Assembly: GCA_021613535.1 (NCBI GenBank)
Contig: CP075495.1
Span: 15,190,001 to 15,254,000, forward strand
Source: Adineta vaga
Lineage: Eukaryota > Animalia > Rotifera
Reading direction: 5' to 3'
Length of the DNA stretch: 64,000 nt
In this document: in pieces, positions 25,201 to 38,559 of the stretch
Layout of the letters: each line of letters starts with the position of its first letter
Numbering within the stretch: the stretch's first letter is position 1
Notes under the pieces: generated by a model
Told to the model about the DNA's origin: nothing
The model's input: only the letters and a program-made list of their open reading frames with translations
Database searches by the model: none
Position numbers and translations under genes: made by a program

Positions 25201-25905
25201 ATCAACAAAAAATATCGTAAACTGTACAATTGATCCATATTTTTTGTTTGTGAAGCTTTGTAAATCATTTTTTGTAACGAAGAATCATTTCGATAGCATT
25301 CAAGAACATTATTTGTTTGATAATCATCTTCAAAATTGTCAAATAAATTCAGTTCTTGAGAATTTTCTTCCGAATAAACATGATATGCATCGAACATTTG
25401 TTTCTTGGCTTCTTCATTACGTGGAAAATGAGAAATAACACGATGATATAATTGAATCCAGACAGAAAATCACTGACTTGTTTTGATAAATCGTTTTTGA
25501 AATAATTATCTTCATGAAAAAATGTCCATGGATAAGATTGTTCATTGATTAACGCTATTTGTTCGTTTAGTGATGAAAATAATAAAGGAATCTTATCATA
25601 AATACCAATTATATTTAAATCTGGATGAAAGAAATACTTATATTCATCTTTTGTTGAATGATATAGAAAGATTAAATTAACGCAACGGAAAATATCAAGA
25701 TGAGATAAAATTTCCGCTGTATATGAATTAGAAGTAACGAGAAGAATATTTTCATTTTTAATTAATTCAATTAATGTTATACATGATTGAATACTGGAAT
25801 AGAAAACAAAAGAATGATCAATTTCATATAATTCATCTTTTAAATCTTTGATTTCATCATTTGAACATAAACAAAATATTCAACTAAATGATGTGAATCA
25901 TATCA
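22254..25905 (-). pseudogene. Frameshifted TPR-repeat gene (N-terminal domain + degenerate ART-like region + many TPRs)
   Basis: Kinesin-light-chain/NPHP3-type TPRs (G.Y.EA..F.QKAL.I...Y...H..IA.SL.N.G) are split over three ORFs by frameshifts (~23345, ~23870-23990). There is an in-frame TAA near 24980 and further breaks at 25150-25460. Confidence 0.75.
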
Positions 25906-26477
25906 TTGATTAGCGCGACCACACAAGTGTGACGACAACACGTGCTTCATAGATATCTTTGATCTACAACGAAACGCATAAGAATATATTTCATTAAAAT
26001 AACAAACAAACAATTTATAAGAATAACTTTGCGTAACATTAATTTCTTCTTTAAAAACTCTAAACATTTAGACTAATACAATATCGAAGTTTGTCATTTG
26101 AAAAGAATTGAATCGTTTTAATGATAACGATCATATTTGCTCATATTGTTTATTTGAAAGGAAACTATCATATAACGATAATAACTACTTTTTTTCATCA
26201 ATGAAAGTTCAATTTCAAGATCTCAATCAACTAGCAAACGTAGGTGAACACTTTCTTTTCTATTTTCTTCATATAGACGTAGCAAAGCATTCATATTTTT
26301 ATTTTATCTCATTGTTTTCAATATATTGTCTTAAGACACGTGCTAAACAGTTTTTACATAATCTTTTTTTTTATTTCAAAGTAAATTTTAACGTTATGTC
26401 GTACTATGCAGAATTTATGACGAACTTTAGTCCTAAAAATTCGGGATACCGATCAGATCCATATATTACGAAAAATT

Positions 26478-26613
26478 AAAGTAACTTCAAGTAGGTCCAA
26501 GTGTTTTCTAACTAATCTAGAGTACCACTAAAGTAATTTAAAGTATCACTGAAGTACTAGTGAAGTAGCTCAAAATACATCTCAAGTACTTAAAATTCCG
26601 CCATTTCTCCCTT
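26478..26613. repeat. Degenerate ~11-bp-periodic AAGTA repeat, possibly a transposon subterminal region
   Basis: aagtaac/aagtagg/gagtacc/aagtaat/aagtatc/aagtact/aagtagc/aagtact at ~10-11 bp spacing, ending in ccgccatttctcccttg. Confidence 0.35.
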
Positions 26614-27639
26614 GTCTACTAGCTATACATATTTTTAGTAGTAAGCTTATCTACTTAAAAAACGACAAATCCTATTATCTTGTTTTGGCAGGTTCATAAT
26701 GTATCCATATATAATTATGTATAAGTAGATGTAACTGATGCGATGATGATGCACTAGAATTCAAATGAAAATAAAGCAAGTTTCCGAGATGAATATCATC
26801 TAGTATAATATATCTATGATTCATTATTTGATACATATTCACATTTACATTAGCTTTTATAAAATTTCATTGTTACAAGAAAAATAAAAGACGAATTCTT
26901 CTTTTATTTACTCTTTTCAATTGAGAACATGTATGAAATTTCATGTAGTAGATGGATTACTGAAAGGATTAATATTATGTAAAATCCATGTTAGTCAATT
27001 TTAATCCGATGAAACACCCTTGAGTGCTTTTCTAGCAAACACAAAGCTTTTGGCTTGATTAAAACTTCTTTTTTTAACATCATTTTCTAAAGACGATCTG
27101 AATTAATATATCATTACATCCATCCTTTAGTTTTTAGTTCGGAAATGTTAGTACTCATCGCATTAATTTTGCCGACATGCATCGACATACTTTATTCCTT
27201 TGACAAACAGTGAAGGTCAAATTAGTTTTTCTTCAAAGTTTTCACATGATTCAATAGAGCTTGTTAAACTTTAAATAACTGAATCTTTCTCTCTGGTTTT
27301 AACCATTTTTTCTCAAATCAAGTTCGCATTATTCATCGTTCTGAGTAGAGCATACGTCTTGGCATATACTCATGAAATATATACTGAAAAAAGGTCAGTT
27401 CTAATACTATTCATCTAGTATCAGGTTAGTTTTGGCATTCACATATAAATATATGTAAACATTTTTATCGCTCCATAAAACAAAAACAATATAAATTATG
27501 CCGTAAGAGGAGAAGTAATTATCAGAAAAGCATTTGTTTTATCTCATTAAAAATAAAGCTGAATATTCTCGCATAAAATACTTTAACTCATTCAGATCTA
27601 CAACAGACTGCTTTCAATATTATTCTTCATCTGCATGTG

Positions 27640-28638
27640 ATGTTTATGACGCCAATCAAAAGTGCTGGATTGATTCTTAGTTATTTGCAACTATTGGAGT
27701 ATTGTTTGCAAATCTTTCATCCATAGTAATATTGATTATTATCATTTATAATTTCTATCATAAACGTATAAAACAAGAAGATAAAATAAATATTATCCTT
27801 TGTCTAAATATCTATTTATTATCTTTACCTTCTATGGTTTTATCTTTTGTATATTTTCTTCAATCTGTATTAGGTGATATTTATGAACGAGAATTCAATT
27901 CACCATGGTGTAATTTTCTTGGATATATCTATGCTGTTTGTATCTGTATTTCATTTTTGTCATTTATTAATCAAGTAATGAACAGTTATATTTATATTTT
28001 TATAAGAAATATTTCAATACTTATTTTAGGCATTTTTCCGTCTCTGTCGTATTATTTACCCACAATATAAATATCTTCAAAGTTCGCAATTTTATTTTTT
28101 AATAATTCCTATAGAAATAATCATTGCTTTTATTCTCTTATGTCCTATTTATGTCTGGAATGATATTAATTATTTACCCGATGATCATTTTTGTTTTGTT
28201 CCATTATCGAATATTCGAGGTTATCTTTGGATACTTTTTACTGCTTATACTGTTCCTGTTTCATCATTATTTTTCATGTATATACGTATAGTGATATATA
28301 TTCGTAAACAATCAAATCTAACAATTAGAGATAAACAACGACAAGCTCGTGATTTTAATGCCATTCGACGTATTCTAACCGTAGTTGGATTTTTGATGTT
28401 TTGTGGAATGCCGGTTTTAATTTTTGTAATAAGAATGTTTATTACAGGTGAAGTATATCCGTTAACTAATCGTATTATGTCCATTTTAATTGGAATATCG
28501 ATGTTTGGATTGAGTATAGCAATGGTATTATGTGTTTCTCAACTAAAAGATCTGTTATGGAAAACTTTGAAAGTCAATCAGGCCACATCAGTTACTAGAA
28601 GCCTAACGAATTCTGTTCAACTTAGAATATATCGATGA
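27640..28638 (+). CDS. Class A-like 7TM receptor, paralog of 33941-34876; 1-nt frameshift near the 5' end
   Basis: Seven hydrophobic segments; FINQ|AFFRLCRI across intron 27976-28030; RQARDFNAIRRI. The ATG frame (MFMTPIKSAGLILSY) needs one extra T at ~27684 to join FATIGVLFAN. Confidence 0.75.
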
Positions 28639-29150
28639 GTTTATCTCTTCCAATACACGATTATAGATAATAATAATAATAAGTTTTAATTGAAAATTTT
28701 ATCTGTTCGCCAACGTAATTACACATATTCTTTCAAATAATATTTTATGTTACACGTGAATACTTAAGATTTCTTTTAATTTCTTGTTCATAATGCAATA
28801 AAATATCATTTACACAGATATGAAACTGACAATGAATGCTTCAAACCATATCTTGCATGCGCCAGATTATATTAAATTCATAATTATAAATTCATTATCT
28901 ATAAAAATAGACAGTGCAGTGTAGCACATAATTTAAAAAAATGACTTTCAGTTATATAAAAATCTCATTGTTATAGATGACGGTTTTTTACAATACGACA
29001 TATTTAATTCGGAATATTCTTGTATATTTACCAATATTTGAATTCTTTTTTTCTCATTTCTTGCTAAGTAATCTTATGTTTTTTTTAGGGAAGAGTACTT
29101 TTCAAACTTAATTAAAAACATGTTTGAAGAACATGTTCATGAACTATAGG

Positions 29151-29460
29151 TATTATTCCCTCAACTGAAAGGAAGGTCATATGGAAAAAAAAAGTTTGTT
29201 TGTCCGTGTCAGGGACAAAGATCAAAAAGACATTTTCTTCAAAACAACAGAAAATATTGAAAATCAACGGTAGAGTGAGATTGGGGTGTATGAGGAAAGC
29301 GATGTGCGAAGACTGAAATTTTTTTCCTTTGAATCAAAGGAGGGTGATACGCAGAAAACTGGAAATGCATTCGTTTGTTTGGTGTGGGTGAAAGATCATT
29401 TATGAAAATAGAAATTTTAGGGAAACCATTCTATGGGAACGTCCTTGACTCTCCTTATAT
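29151..29460 (+). mobile_element. Possible non-autonomous repeat (HINE/DINE-like) remnant
   Basis: Locally GC-richer intergenic block starting ttattccctc..gaagg with a gtttgtttgtccgtg microsatellite-like motif; resemblance only. Confidence 0.25.
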
Positions 29461-31238
29461 CACCTAAGACGGCACCATTGGACCTCATGCACTCCGAGAT
29501 TGAAATTTACCACTAAATAAACTACCTAACTGTGAATCTAAATATAGAAATTTATTCAGAAAGACGTCTAAGAAGGTGACTTGTTAAGTTTTGGTTGAGT
29601 CTTCTCATGTATCCAGGTCATGGAAAAGCTCAAGTAGGAGAAAGATCTTCACAGAGTTACCAAGTTATGTATTATAACGAAATCCATCACTCATATCGAA
29701 CTTTGTAAAAATGAGTATAAACCATCCAACCCGATTTGAATTTTGTCATCAAAAATGTAGACAACTAATCTTGTGTTGTTCACGACGATAAATCTTCTTT
29801 ATTTAATAGTAAGCTGTTGCCGTTGTAAGATTGGTTATGTTTTTCAGATCAGAAGACGAAGATAAAGCTTTGCGACTTATCTAATGAATTAAATATCTAA
29901 TGGAATACGTTTGTGTTTCCAACAAATGCATTATTACTTGTCTTTTTCTACTTTGATTCTGAATTAAGTGACACATATTATGGTCAAAAGTGAAAAGTAT
30001 GATCTTGTTCATTAACCCGTCACGATTTCTTCGACCACTAAAAGTAAAACAAAACTGTACATCAAATTTCTAACAATGGAGAAATGCGTATAGATGAATA
30101 TGATTATTGGAAATGGATTTTTGTTATTATTATATAACGGTGAAACCATAAGAAGTTTTACAATTGATTCTGAAATTCTTAAGAAATCATTGTAGCTTAG
30201 GTGAAAGTTTTCAGCATCTCAACATCTTCTATTAAGTCTATTTATCGTTTTGAGTATTTCAGATAGATTTTAAATTCTGTGAATGCTCATTTATCTATAG
30301 CCACTTCAGATTACAGTAAAAGACAAAAATTGATTGATTGATTGATCGAAAAAATAAACATTTATTTATAGATTAGAATAATTGTCTTTAGTTAATATAT
30401 TAACTATATGATGTTCGCATGTTGAGAATGAAGTAACATGTCGAAAAATTTTAGGATCATCAACAAAATGTTGGAAACATTTCTTTAGCTTTATCATTTG
30501 TTTCTATCAAAAATGTAATCACAAATTGAACATGTAATTAATAACGAACTTGAAGAATAGTTCGACGACGATCTCAAACACGATATTCAAATAAAGGTTC
30601 GACATCAATTAATATATGATTAAACCTACTAGTGAAATAAAATCAAACGTTTATCGAAAATATATTTACTTATCTATACATTTGTTTTCTTTGTATAAAA
30701 CGTTACGGAAATTAATCGCTTTTAATAAATAGACCCTCATTTGCGCTAATTTGTCGACTATGTCATATTGACTTGTTTTCATTCGATCATTTTTCAAATA
30801 TCCCTTTCATGCGTTACTAATCCCATGTGTATTATCTATCAGATTCTTGTTTTTTCTTTCTTTTAAATTATCCTTTTGCATCTGATGATACTGAAATCAC
30901 CTATCGATATTTCGGCATACAAATGAAAATCCCAAATCATATAACCTTAGATTTTATTCATTATATTAATTAATCCATATTTATTTTTTTAATAATATGT
31001 TTTCAGATTATAATCTATTGATGTCATTCTTCCGCCTCTAACGACATCAACACACATTTGTTAATTAATATTACTTTTCAAAACTATATGAAAAAAACTT
31101 TCGATTTAATCTAAGATTATTATGTATTGTTATGACATTTGTCACCCACGTCATTAGTATTGACGTAGAAATTAGATATATAAACAAGGACTCTCTTTGA
31201 GATATTTTATTTCGACAATATAATCTCATAGTACATTC

Positions 31239-32231
31239 ATGTCAAACGCAGCAGTTAACGAAGAAATTCTTCGTCTTCAATCTATTTCAAAAATCTTTGA
31301 TGGCTATGTTATGCTATTCTTTATTATCATTGGAACAATAGGAAATTTAATGAATATCATTGTTTTTCTTCGACATAAAACACTTCGCCAAATGTCAAAT
31401 TGTATCTTCATGATTATGTTTTTTGTTAGTAATCTAACCTCTTTATGGGCATCTCGTTTTCAACGTTCCACACTTGCTATTACTGGTGTCGATCTATTAG
31501 TTGGTTCAATATTTTATTGCAAATTTCGATGGTTATTTGGTCGTTGGGGTTTCAATATGTCATTTACATGTATCTGTTTGTCAAGTATCGATCGATTTCT
31601 CAATACTTCACGCAATGAACGATATCGACAACTCGTTACATTCAAACGAGCTATTATAATTACAATTCTAATCACTATTTCTTATACAATTATCTTCGTA
31701 CCAGATGCTATTTATTATTCGGGATATCGATGTACAGCATCAAGCAGTGATCGAGCTATATATCAACAATTCATTACTTATTTTAATTTGACCATGACCA
31801 ATAGTATTCCACCAGTTATTCTAGGTATTTTTTGTTTGCTTACATGGTATAATCTTTGGTCAATTCGACGTCAACGACAAAGTCAACTTCATCAACAAGT
31901 TAATAGAATGATGATAGTTGAATTTACTGTGATATTTATCAGTTCAATACCTAATTTTATATTCAATATGTATTCACAAGTTACTCAATCATGGATTAAA
32001 TCCAATTTGCAATTAGCACAAGAAAATATTTGGAGAAATGTGTGCGTCACTCTTAGCCTTCTATTGAATACTGTAACATTTTACATCTACATTTTAATGT
32101 CCAGTGCGTATAGACGAAATGTCAAAACCATTTTTTGTTGCAAAAATCAAAACAAAGTGATGTCACAACACATACAATTGCAAAATACAAAATGTATCCG
32201 CCGAATTGCAACTTTCACGGTTTCTCCATGA
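31239..32231 (+). CDS. Rhodopsin-like (class A) GPCR, intronless
   Basis: GTIGNLMNIIVF (TM1 GN), YCKFR (TM3 Cys), CLSSIDRF (DRY-like), FYIYILMSSAYR, and CC in the tail; 330 aa. Confidence 0.9.
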   Translation: MSNAAVNEEILRLQSISKIFDGYVMLFFIIIGTIGNLMNIIVFLRHKTLRQMSNCIFMIMFFVSNLTSLWASRFQRSTLAITGVDLLVGSIFYCKFRWLFGRWGFNMSFTCICLSSIDRFLNTSRNERYRQLVTFKRAIIITILITISYTIIFVPDAIYYSGYRCTASSSDRAIYQQFITYFNLTMTNSIPPVILGIFCLLTWYNLWSIRRQRQSQLHQQVNRMMIVEFTVIFISSIPNFIFNMYSQVTQSWIKSNLQLAQENIWRNVCVTLSLLLNTVTFYIYILMSSAYRRNVKTIFCCKNQNKVMSQHIQLQNTKCIRRIATFTVSP

Positions 32232-33940
32232 TTAGATATATATCTTTCATTCCAGGACTCTCATTCTACATGTTATGTTAAGATCATTAAAAAGTATCGA
32301 CTCAGACTGCTTGTCGTTGTATTGAAATAATAATTTACATTTAGAAATATATGTTGTATTGAAAGATATATCTATCACTTTGTACATACAAGGAACGCTT
32401 AAAACATCTCGACTCCTGAATAAGGAGAGTATACTAAGAATTTAATAATACCAAAGACACCTACATCGATATCCAATACCACATAATATCATTAGTATCA
32501 CTGTTGTTACATCCCTAATCGATCTGAAGTGGTTATCGTCGCCGTTGGATTCTAAGTATAGAGAACATACATTAAATATTGTCTCATTATACTTAATTTT
32601 TTATAATATCATTCTCTTCCTCGTTTTCCCTATGTTAATAGAATATTTTCGTGTCGTGAAGGTAAAAAATATTCCACATCAAAAACAATGTGAGCATTAT
32701 TGACAACACAGGAAAAGGACACATAACTAGTAGGCAAAAAAGGTCACAATTATGTTAATTAAAGTTGGTGTTCGTTACAGTACACGATTCGCTGATTCTT
32801 TTTTCCTTACAAAAGCTTAATGTCACTAATTATAAATATATCAAAAAGACATCATCCGTTAAACCCGTATTAATACCTTTTAATCAACGATTTTTGAGAT
32901 CCTGATATCTGAACTCATCAGTTTTCATAGAAAGATAATAATTATGTCTTTGATTAGTATATTAACGTCTTTTTACATCAGTTTTCATAAAAGAATTGAA
33001 TTTCTACCTTGAGAGTGAAGGTGTAAAATGAACACTCTCTTTGAATTAATAATAAAAACTAAATTATACTACTTCGTTAACATTTTGTACACAGTTTTTT
33101 AAACTTCGTTGACGAAAATATACGATCAGACTATTAATAAAATAGTTCTCATACGAATGTTTAACTTCCAATATCGTCTTTTTAAAATTGGTTCATTCTT
33201 TTATTACAAATATATTCACAAGAAGCAAAAGATTGATTGTTATTCGATATTATCCTAACATGATAACGTTTCAAAGTACAAAATCTAATCTATATCATCA
33301 ATCTTTTACTTCTAATTTACATTTTCGTAGAATATACTTTTACAATTATATTGTTACATCAAACGAAGAACACGATGAAAGTTATAAATATTTCAAGGTC
33401 CATAAGTATAATTGTATGACAGATATATACGTTGAATGTTTTATTTATCTAGAAAAAAAAACTCAAGAGGAACAGGAAACGATTGAATGAAGAAGCCTAG
33501 AGCTGTTTTTTGTCTGATGAACTATCAATATTTATTATTTGAGATCATGTTTTTTGTTTTTCTTCATTATAAATGATATAGCATAATTGTCAAAGTTTTT
33601 TTTTCATCGAATAAATGAAGATTTTTCGAAGATGATTATTTTAAGCAAAGGTTTCTATTTTATAAATAAAGATACAAAATATGATCTTATCAATATTACC
33701 ATTCATTCTATTTGTCATCTTGAAAGTAACTTTCAACGAGTAAACTCGTTTACATGACTATTGAAAGATGAATAGAAAGAAGTCATTATCCATCGTGTCA
33801 TATTTTTTCTTCCTTCACTTCATAAATTATCAATTCCATTGACAAAGTATTTCCGTAAATGAATCTTCGCATATTTAGTACATCTGTCTCTAACTCGTGA
33901 GTTCATTTCTTTATACGTCTTCACAGTTCAATTGAAGGTA

Positions 33941-34876
33941 ATGTTAAGTGATAAATATCAATTCATTGGATTTCTTCTAACATCATTTTCCATTGGTGAA
34001 ATTATCTTTTCATGTGTATTAACATTAATTATATTAATGCTAATACTTTATTATATTTTATCTAATCGAATAAAACAAGATGATAAAATAATTCTTATTC
34101 TTTCAATAAACATTTATTCATCTTGTTTAATTTATATGTTTCTATTTTTTGTACTTCTTCTTCAATCAGCAATCGGTGATATTTTTCACAAAGAATTCGA
34201 TTCATCGTGGTGTATTTTATTTGGATATATCTATGCTGTTAGTCTTTGTGTTCTATATATTTCATTTATTAATCAAGTAAATCAACATTGATACTTCTTT
34301 ATTACATTTATCTTGTTTTTTTAGGCTTTTTTTCGTCTCTGTCGTATTGTTTATTCTCAATATAAATATCTTCAAAGTTCTCAATTATATATTCTAATTA
34401 TTCCAATTGAAATTATAATTGCTTGTATTCTCTTATGTCCTATTTATGTCTGGAATGATATTATTTATTTACCTGATGATCATTTTTGTTTTGTTCCTAT
34501 ATCAAATATTCGAGGATATCTTTGGATATTCTTTAGTGTTTATGGTATTCCTGTTTTATCATTAGCATTGATTTATATTCGTATAATAATTTTTATTCGT
34601 AAACAATCAAATCAACCCATTCGAATAAAACGAAGACAAACACGTGATTTAAATGCTATTCGAGGAATATTCATTATGATTGGTTTTCTTTTACTTCTTG
34701 GATTACCAACTTCAGTTTTAATTATAATGATGCTTGTTACAGGTGAAGCACATCCATTGACATTTCGTATTACATGTCTTTCAATTGGAACATCAATGTT
34801 GGGATTAAGTATTGCTATGATGATTTCAATTCCACAATTGAGAACTATCGTTTGGAAAGGTTCACAATCATCATAA
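33941..34876 (+). CDS. Class A-like 7TM receptor, intact paralog of 27640-28638
   Basis: Same architecture and intron position (FINQ|gtaaat..ttttag|AFFRLCRI, 34277-34324); shared KQDDKI, SWC..GYIYAV and YLPDDHFCFVP. Confidence 0.85.
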
Positions 34877-35316
34877 TTTCTTTTTCTTTTTGTTCGATAA
34901 TAAATAATATAAAAGTTTTATTGTGTAAATCATAGTTAGAACAGATCAATCAATGATTTATAATAAAAATAATATTCAGATTCTGAACAAGACTAACAGA
35001 TATAAATGTTTTTTTTTATAGAATAAGAATTTCTGTCAACAATCATAAAATATTTCTTACTAAATTCATGTACAGTAACATTAATGATATTTATCAGTTC
35101 ATTATCTTACCGCGTTTCTATGTAATTCATTTGTTGGTCTACTCGATGTTTATTAATCCTTCTCACCTTTCATCTAACATGCATGAATAATATTTCATGT
35201 CTTTTTTTTATCTTTAATATATTATTATGTAAAGATTTTGTTTCGATACATCAGTATATTCAATAATTTATTTCACGAAATATCTAATCAAATCTATCTG
35301 CATGATTAAGACAATA

Positions 35317-35340
35317 TAATAATAATAATAATAATAATAA
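35317..35340. repeat. (TAA)8 microsatellite
   Basis: Direct reading; lies downstream of the zf-PARP/WGR stop codon. Confidence 0.8.
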
Positions 35341-35418
35341 AACAAATACACACTGTTCTAAAAACATCAAATACATTTTATACATATAAAAAACATCACT
35401 ATATTGCTAAAACAGAGT

Positions 35419-36198
35419 TTATGATAATCTTCTTTTCGAAGCAGTTCGCGTCGGTTGTTTTCGAGTAGCAACAGTTGTTGTCTGTTTCTTTGTTCGTTTT
35501 GCTGGTGTTGCTTTAGCCGGTGTTGATGATTGTTTACGTTTTCGTGTCGTTCCATCGGATGTTTGATTGTCCGTAGTTTCACCTGTTTGTTTTTTTAATG
35601 TATATCCATTTTTAAGTTTTTCTTTAATTTTTGTTTGATAATATTTTTTTGCTTCGGATTGATTTGAAAAATCTTTATATAAAATAATTGCATTAGAATC
35701 AGCTTCATTTAAAAGACCATATTTTGTTTTAGTTGATTTCTTATCCAGAGATATTTGCCAATATTTCTTCTCTTGATCATGTTCAAGGTAAGTTGTACTT
35801 GCTGTTGTTGATGTTTCCGAAAGATTTCCTTGAAGTTTTTCTTCATAATTGAAAAGTTTTTTAAGTTTATCTTGATCTTTCTTTTTCAAATCGATAAAAC
35901 CTTGAAGATCTTTTGTCACATCAGTAATACGTTTTTTCTTTTCATTTCCGGATCGTAGATAACTAATCATACATTGAACATGATAATAAACAGGCATTAA
36001 TTGTTCTTCGCGTGTCGATGATCGAGGAATAAATGGATTAGGAATTAAACGAGATAAACGAAGTGTTTCTTTACTAATTTCATTGTCACAATTTTTACCA
36101 TGACATTTTGCATTACTACTTTTAGCATAATCACAACCGAATGAAATAGTAGTACCATCATCATTATCACCCGCAGCAGCAGTAGTAGTTGAAGCCAT
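35419..36198 (-). CDS. Stand-alone PARP-type zinc finger + WGR-like domain + basic tail, no catalytic domain
   Basis: DYAKSSNAKCHGKNC..LRLSRLIPNPF..YYHVQC..DLQGFIDLKKKDQDKL (zf-PARP, C-x4-C..H-x2-C); KKYWQI..KTKYG..YKDF..EAKKYY..KIKEKLKNGY (WGR-like); Lys/Arg/Thr tail; single-exon CDS. Confidence 0.8.
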   Translation of the reverse strand: MASTTTAAAGDNDDGTTISFGCDYAKSSNAKCHGKNCDNEISKETLRLSRLIPNPFIPRSSTREEQLMPVYYHVQCMISYLRSGNEKKKRITDVTKDLQGFIDLKKKDQDKLKKLFNYEEKLQGNLSETSTTASTTYLEHDQEKKYWQISLDKKSTKTKYGLLNEADSNAIILYKDFSNQSEAKKYYQTKIKEKLKNGYTLKKQTGETTDNQTSDGTTRKRKQSSTPAKATPAKRTKKQTTTVATRKQPTRTASKRRLS

Positions 36199-36844
36199 TG
36201 TTTTCTTTGTTCAACAAATAAGAATATCTGAAAAAGAAAAGACTCTAATTCAAAGAATTTCAATTGAATATTAGGCCAAATATTTGTCATTTTGGCCTTC
36301 ACTCCCGCTCAAGCTCAATCGTCCGTCCGTCTATCTGTCAAGATAATGTTTTTGACAACCAATACGAAATTCGATTGACGATCATCGATGGATTGAATAG
36401 ATTTAGGGCTGAAGAAAAATTTTACTAAAATAAATCGTGTATTTTAAAGATAATCAAATAAGTTTTTCTATCAATCTGATTTTTTTATACTGTAGATGCC
36501 TCTAGTTGCACGATTTAACATACATTCATGGCAACTATTTTAATTTAAATCACTTCATACTTCTATGTCAAAGCTTCACAAAATAGATCTTTCCACCATC
36601 TCGAAAATCTTTGTTCAATGTGTGAATATGAGTAAAAGTGGAAACAAACACTGTACATGTACTGGTATTTTCAACCATACAATTAATTGGTTACACCCAA
36701 AAAGTATGTAATCGTACACTATCGAAGAATGGTTATATACCTTATTCACTATTTTAACTTTCAGCAGGTATCTTTAATGGCAAATAGATTTTATCTGATA
36801 ATCTGTAAGAAATTTTCATATATTAGATATAACTTAAATTTCAA

Positions 36845-38029
36845 CTAAGCTGCATATACAAAAAAATTCGATTGCTCCTCTTGTGCAGCAATTTCCAAAG
36901 GAATAGCAGTCGCAATCAATGGAGTCGTTGGTATTTGAACTTCGAAACTGTTTTCTAATATAATTTCATCATCATCATCATCATCACCACTTAATGATGA
37001 TTGTTTATCTGATATAATGCTAGCGAGTTTTTCAATATTATCGGGCACGACAATAGATAATCTGGTTGAACCATAGATTTCTTCATTCTTCTTCTGTATT
37101 TTTTCAATATCGAAATTAAGAATAGTTCGGCAGTAGGTAATATGTGCAAGACCTAAACAACCAACAATTGCACATGGTATTAGAATTGCTTTGTCATGAA
37201 GTATTTCATGAGCAAACCAACCAATGATAGCACCAGAAAAGAAAGATAAATATAATGGGATTAAAATTTTTAATTTCCATAAATGTTTACGAGTTCGTTG
37301 ATGAAAAACTGCTTGACCAAGAATAAGTCCTATATCTGTTAATGTTCCTGTCACATGTGTTGTACGAATAACAGCACCTGAATACGTAGTACACATACCA
37401 TTCTGTAATCCAAATCCAAGACATACTAAATATGCACTTGGAGACAATGCTTCCCAATGATTATGCAATGTAATATGAACATTCTAAAAGAAAAAGTGAA
37501 GATCAAAAATCGGAGAGTCATGACGTCGTTTCTTTCTTACTTCGAATAGACTACCAATACCAAGAGCGATTGATTCGAGAAAAAGTACTAAACCATAATG
37601 TCGTTGAATTCGAAAAGAAGAACCACCAATAATAGCTGCTGAGATAAAACTTCCCAAAGCAAATGAGATAATCAATAAGAAGAAATGAAAAGCTATATCA
37701 AAACGACCTTGTGCTAAGACAATAGCCATTTTTGATGTACTGCCTGTAAGAGCAGTGAGTGGAAGACGAAAAGTATTAACAATACAAATTGTATTGACAT
37801 ATCCTGCAACGAAACCAAGAAGACATGCAATCGTAACTAGAACAGACAATGCATGCCAATGCCAATCATGAATATATCGAGTTGGAGAAATAATTGTTGA
37901 ACGACGAGGTCGTTGAAAAGGATTTAATTTCTAAAAATTATCAATTAAAATTTTACTAAAATACTCTTCTTTTTTCTCATCGAATCAATGTATACATACT
38001 ATGATAGATTGTTTTCGATGTGGAGTCAT
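36845..38029 (-). CDS. DUF1275 / YoaK-family membrane protein, 3 exons
   Basis: LLGFVAGYVN, LTALTGSTSKM, FALGSFISA and GLQNG..YSGAVIRTTHVTGTLTDIG motifs. ATG at 38027-38029 (MTPHRKQSII|). Confidence 0.88.
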
Positions 38030-38559
38030 TTGTAACAGCTGTAAGTCTATGGTTACAGTCAATCAAATATTAAAATTTACCACAAATGATTTCTTTTTAT
38101 TTATCGAATGCATTTCATGTAACAATCTTTATTTTGTACACTGACAAAAAATATTATTTAACGCTTCATCAATATAACAAGTACAAGTACAGTGCGTGAT
38201 GTTTGAATGATCAAATAATTAACTACCGATATGTTTTATTCAAATAGCAATATTTCATTTTTTAAGTAAAAGAAAAAGAAAAGGAAGATGTTTTTTTCTC
38301 TCGCCATAGGTGAGTTACATGATCAGATCTTTATCAGATTTTAATAAACTTTCAATGAATATATATAGATCATTCATATGAACTGAAAGATTAAAATCTT
38401 ACGTATTTATTATTCATAAAAGAGTAGTTATGTATATACCTATAAGAGAATTCTATGATGAAATAATAAATCAAACCATTAAACTGTATATGGTTCTTTC
38501 TTTCACATCACTCTCAATGTGTTAACTATGGATAGAAATTTTTCATAATTTTATTTTAT

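Noticed and set aside
36290-36430. GTCC microsatellite-containing block upstream of the zf-PARP/WGR gene, possibly a HINE-like repeat
   Set aside because: Too short and degenerate to define ends.
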